From positions 288,001-352,000 of the forward strand of contig CAVZSQ010000019.1 of assembly GCA_963777955.1 (NCBI GenBank): a DNA stretch of 64,000 bases, written 5' to 3'. The position numbers were made by a program, and so were the translations under genes. The notes below the pieces were generated by a model. The model saw nothing but the letters and a program-made list of their open reading frames with translations. It was not told the origin of the DNA and searched no databases. Positions 61,290-64,000 of this stretch are shown here, piece after piece (position 1 is the first letter of the stretch; each line of letters opens with the position of its first letter). The DNA is from Calditrichia bacterium. GTDB lineage: Bacteria; Calditrichota; Calditrichia; JAJRVZ01.

Positions 61290-62720
61290 TTAAATTATCA
61301 AATTAAAATTATGCGGCAGATTAATCCGGATCTCATTGTTTTCAACATAGACACAGGCCAAAATCTCTTTTTCGTATTCCAGAGCATAGTAGCCCTGCTC
61401 AAAAGCAGGGTACGAAACTCTTCCTTTTTCGAAAAGTGCCTTCAACATAATAGTATCTATTTCTAATCTTCTTCTGGAAATATAATCTGAGAAAACCTGA
61501 GCACTGCTATTGAGCAGTTTCCAACCGAATAATCTTTTTTCTGCCAGCAGCAGTCCGGCAAAAACGAAGCGCGGTTTTAAAACTCTATTGATTGCGTCAT
61601 TGACCAGCCAGAGTCTGGTGCTGGTAAGAATAAAACGGTATCTTTTCCAGATAGCAGAATCGATTCCCCAGTTTTTTTCAAGATCGGATAAAATCGCCCC
61701 AACTGCCGGGGCATCTGAAGACAGGGTCGGAACGAAATTTGCAGAGAGCACTTCTTTTGATTTATTAATCGACGCGAGTTTACGCAGTTTAACCACGAAA
61801 AATCCTTCCATGCGCTGCCGCTGCGGCCAGACTCTGATGGCCTGGGCTAATGATGGATTTAAATCAAGATCTGCATATTTTATCCATCCCGGACTGAATA
61901 ATCTGCTTAATTCCTTTGCTGGTTCAATTATCTGCAGCGGATATTCCCCTATCAGCCGGTGGATCAGCATTTCATTCTCTTCAGGCGTAATCGAACAGGT
62001 CGAATAGACCAGTTCCCCGCCCACTTTAAGTGCTTTGATTGCCGATACTAATAATTGATACTGCACCCGGCTCAATTTCAGCACCTTATCCAGACTCCAC
62101 CAATCCCATACTGCCGGACTCGAATGGATCGTACCCAATGCACTGCACGGGGCATCCACTAATATTTTATCAAAATATTCCGGAAAAATCGAACCCATTC
62201 TTTCGCCCCAGGCATTGATCACATAGTAATTGATGGCGGCGCTGCGCTGCATGTTGACATTCAAGGATTGATGCCGGCTGCGCATGGCATCATTCAATAC
62301 TAATTCACCCTGGTTCCTCATCATCGCTGCCAACTGGGTCGATTTTGAACCCGGGGCCGCAGTCATGTCCAACACCCGCTCTCCGGGTTGCACATCGAGC
62401 AATATTACCGGCAACTGGGAGGAAGCATTCTGATACTGAAAATACCCTAAAAAAAAATATAACGTATGGCTCAGCGGGAGATTATCCTCCTGGAGTGTAT
62501 AACCGTTGCGGTTGAAGGGAATGCGCCGATAGTTCTGCTTCAGCCGGTCAAGACATTGCTCAAACTTCAGCTGGTTTGTTTTAAGTTCGTTTAAACGGAT
62601 AGCCGTTAATGGGGGTGCTGCTTCAATAAATGCAGGGTTTTCAGCACCTAATAGATTGTGCAGATAGCGGGTCAGTTCGGGATTTTGAGACCATGATATC
62701 ATGACCTGATCAGAGTACAC
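61290..62720 (-). CDS. rsmF: 16S rRNA m5C methyltransferase RsmF-like (NOL1/NOP2/Sun)
   Basis: VLDMTAAPGSKSTQ, ILVDAPCS, VYSTCS..PEENE, EGFFV and an RsmF-type C-terminal domain. Confidence 0.85.
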   Translation of the reverse strand: MYSDQVMISWSQNPELTRYLHNLLGAENPAFIEAAPPLTAIRLNELKTNQLKFEQCLDRLKQNYRRIPFNRNGYTLQEDNLPLSHTLYFFLGYFQYQNASSQLPVILLDVQPGERVLDMTAAPGSKSTQLAAMMRNQGELVLNDAMRSRHQSLNVNMQRSAAINYYVINAWGERMGSIFPEYFDKILVDAPCSALGTIHSSPAVWDWWSLDKVLKLSRVQYQLLVSAIKALKVGGELVYSTCSITPEENEMLIHRLIGEYPLQIIEPAKELSRLFSPGWIKYADLDLNPSLAQAIRVWPQRQRMEGFFVVKLRKLASINKSKEVLSANFVPTLSSDAPAVGAILSDLEKNWGIDSAIWKRYRFILTSTRLWLVNDAINRVLKPRFVFAGLLLAEKRLFGWKLLNSSAQVFSDYISRRRLEIDTIMLKALFEKGRVSYPAFEQGYYALEYEKEILACVYVENNEIRINLPHNFNLII

Positions 62721-62735
62721 TTAGAAAAATATACT

Positions 62736-63812
62736 TCAGGATACAGCCCAGTGTTCTAAAGCCAGATCGCGCCGGATATTCTGGTAATGTCTAACGGTCA
62801 GCCGGTTGGAAAAGGTAAGAATCAATGCTTTCAGAAATTCAAGGCGAATGACATGTCTTGATATTTTGATACTATCGGTTTTCAACAGCCCCAGGGTATT
62901 GGTCTGAATAAGCCGCAATGTTTGCATTGCCCAGAATAATGGCAGCAGGCAGAAAAGACGGATCCTGGTCTCTTCTTTAGGCAGAGTCACGACATAATCC
63001 AGAGCCTTATCCAGATGCTCGACAGCTAACTGGACCATTTCATTGAATAATTTCTCCACCTGCTCGCTATTATCTGCCTCAAATATTGTCCGGCGGGTCA
63101 AACGGTATTTATGCAAAATTTCATCAGGAATATAAGATTGTCCCCGGCGCAGATCCCGGGTCATATCGCGGATGATATTGACCAGTTGCAGTCCTTTGCC
63201 GAATGATTCAGAAAAACTTTCCAGACGCGGCACAATAGCCGGAGTTATTTTTTTTGAAAAGTGAGCAAACAATGCTGTCAGCAAATGCCCGATTGTACCG
63301 GCTACATAGTAGGTATATTCATCCAGTTCCTGCATCGATTTAAGGAATTGCCATTTGCGGCGATTGTTTGCTTGCGCGTACTTGATCATCCCCATCGTCA
63401 TCTCGACGACCCAGATGCCGATCAGTTGTCGAACTTCCAGACTGAAAGATATATAAACCGCATAAACTTTATCCAGATTTTTGAGCAGATAAACATCCGG
63501 ATTATGGTCAGGAATTCCCTGCACGCACTTTATAAATTTCTCTTCGGCCTGATCCCCCCCTGCCCGGAAGATATCGGCGAATAGTAATAGATACTCTCGT
63601 TTTTCTTCCTGGCTCAGACTTTCTTCGTCTTCGACCGTATCGGCAATACGGCAGAGCAGATAAGCCGTCATCACCGGAACATTCAGGCGTTTTGGCAGCA
63701 TCCGGATGGTCGGAGCAAAGGTACGCGAAACTCTGGGCAGCATGGCGGCGCAGAACTCGCAATTGGGATCATTAGCCAGAATCGTTTTAATCTTTTTCAT
63801 ATTCTTCTGCAA
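62736..63812 (-). CDS. Squalene/phytoene synthase family protein (squalene-synthase-like)
   Basis: RVSRTF, YLLCRIADTVED, YTYYVAG.IG, GLQLVNIIRD...D, RLFC. Confidence 0.85.
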   Translation of the reverse strand: MQKNMKKIKTILANDPNCEFCAAMLPRVSRTFAPTIRMLPKRLNVPVMTAYLLCRIADTVEDEESLSQEEKREYLLLFADIFRAGGDQAEEKFIKCVQGIPDHNPDVYLLKNLDKVYAVYISFSLEVRQLIGIWVVEMTMGMIKYAQANNRRKWQFLKSMQELDEYTYYVAGTIGHLLTALFAHFSKKITPAIVPRLESFSESFGKGLQLVNIIRDMTRDLRRGQSYIPDEILHKYRLTRRTIFEADNSEQVEKLFNEMVQLAVEHLDKALDYVVTLPKEETRIRLFCLLPLFWAMQTLRLIQTNTLGLLKTDSIKISRHVIRLEFLKALILTFSNRLTVRHYQNIRRDLALEHWAVS

Positions 63813-64000
63813 TTATGAACCTGAAATATAAAACAATTACCCGTCGTAAACAACTAGCGATTACAAAATGAAAAACAGAAATGAATCATGAAATTTCTAT
63901 TTACATTTCGGATGCGGATGGTTAACTTGCGCCAATATTATATTTTTATTAAATTTAATCGTTTATTTTACGCTGCTGGGATTGCATGGAAAAGGAGAGT

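Overview
64-kb window of gene-dense bacterial core chromosome, mostly on the minus strand. It probably comes from an FCB-group organism (Calditrichota-like). That assignment is inferred from the NifS-SelD fusion, a PorZ-like protein with an FlgD/T9SS-type C-terminal domain, DUF4105/Lnb and the gene order. Housekeeping genes include rpoN-hslV-hslU-argF, trpS-scpA-scpB-rluB-cmk-rpsA, mreB, pdxA, pyk, htpG, CIRCE-groES-groEL, folB-folK-dNK, metK, mannose-class PTS IIC/IID-HPr, mrp, recN, ribD-ribE-ribBA-ribH, lpxB, tRNA-Leu(TAG), rsmF and a squalene/phytoene synthase. I found no transposase, integrase, prophage, rRNA or CRISPR array. Several genes (rpsA, pdxA, folB, a penicillin acylase, the PorZ-like gene and probably the SPL-like radical SAM gene) carry single-base frameshifts that look like assembly errors. 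The most notable items are: a selenocysteine-lyase-like NifS fused to SelD; a sodium:solute symporter followed by two small membrane proteins; an M24 peptidase missing two metal ligands; an inverted 8-mer tandem array after recN; paired sigma54-type sites upstream of rpoN; back-to-back ECF promoters; and a hybrid histidine kinase collapsed by an internal deletion. All calls come from reading motifs by eye; no database searches were run.
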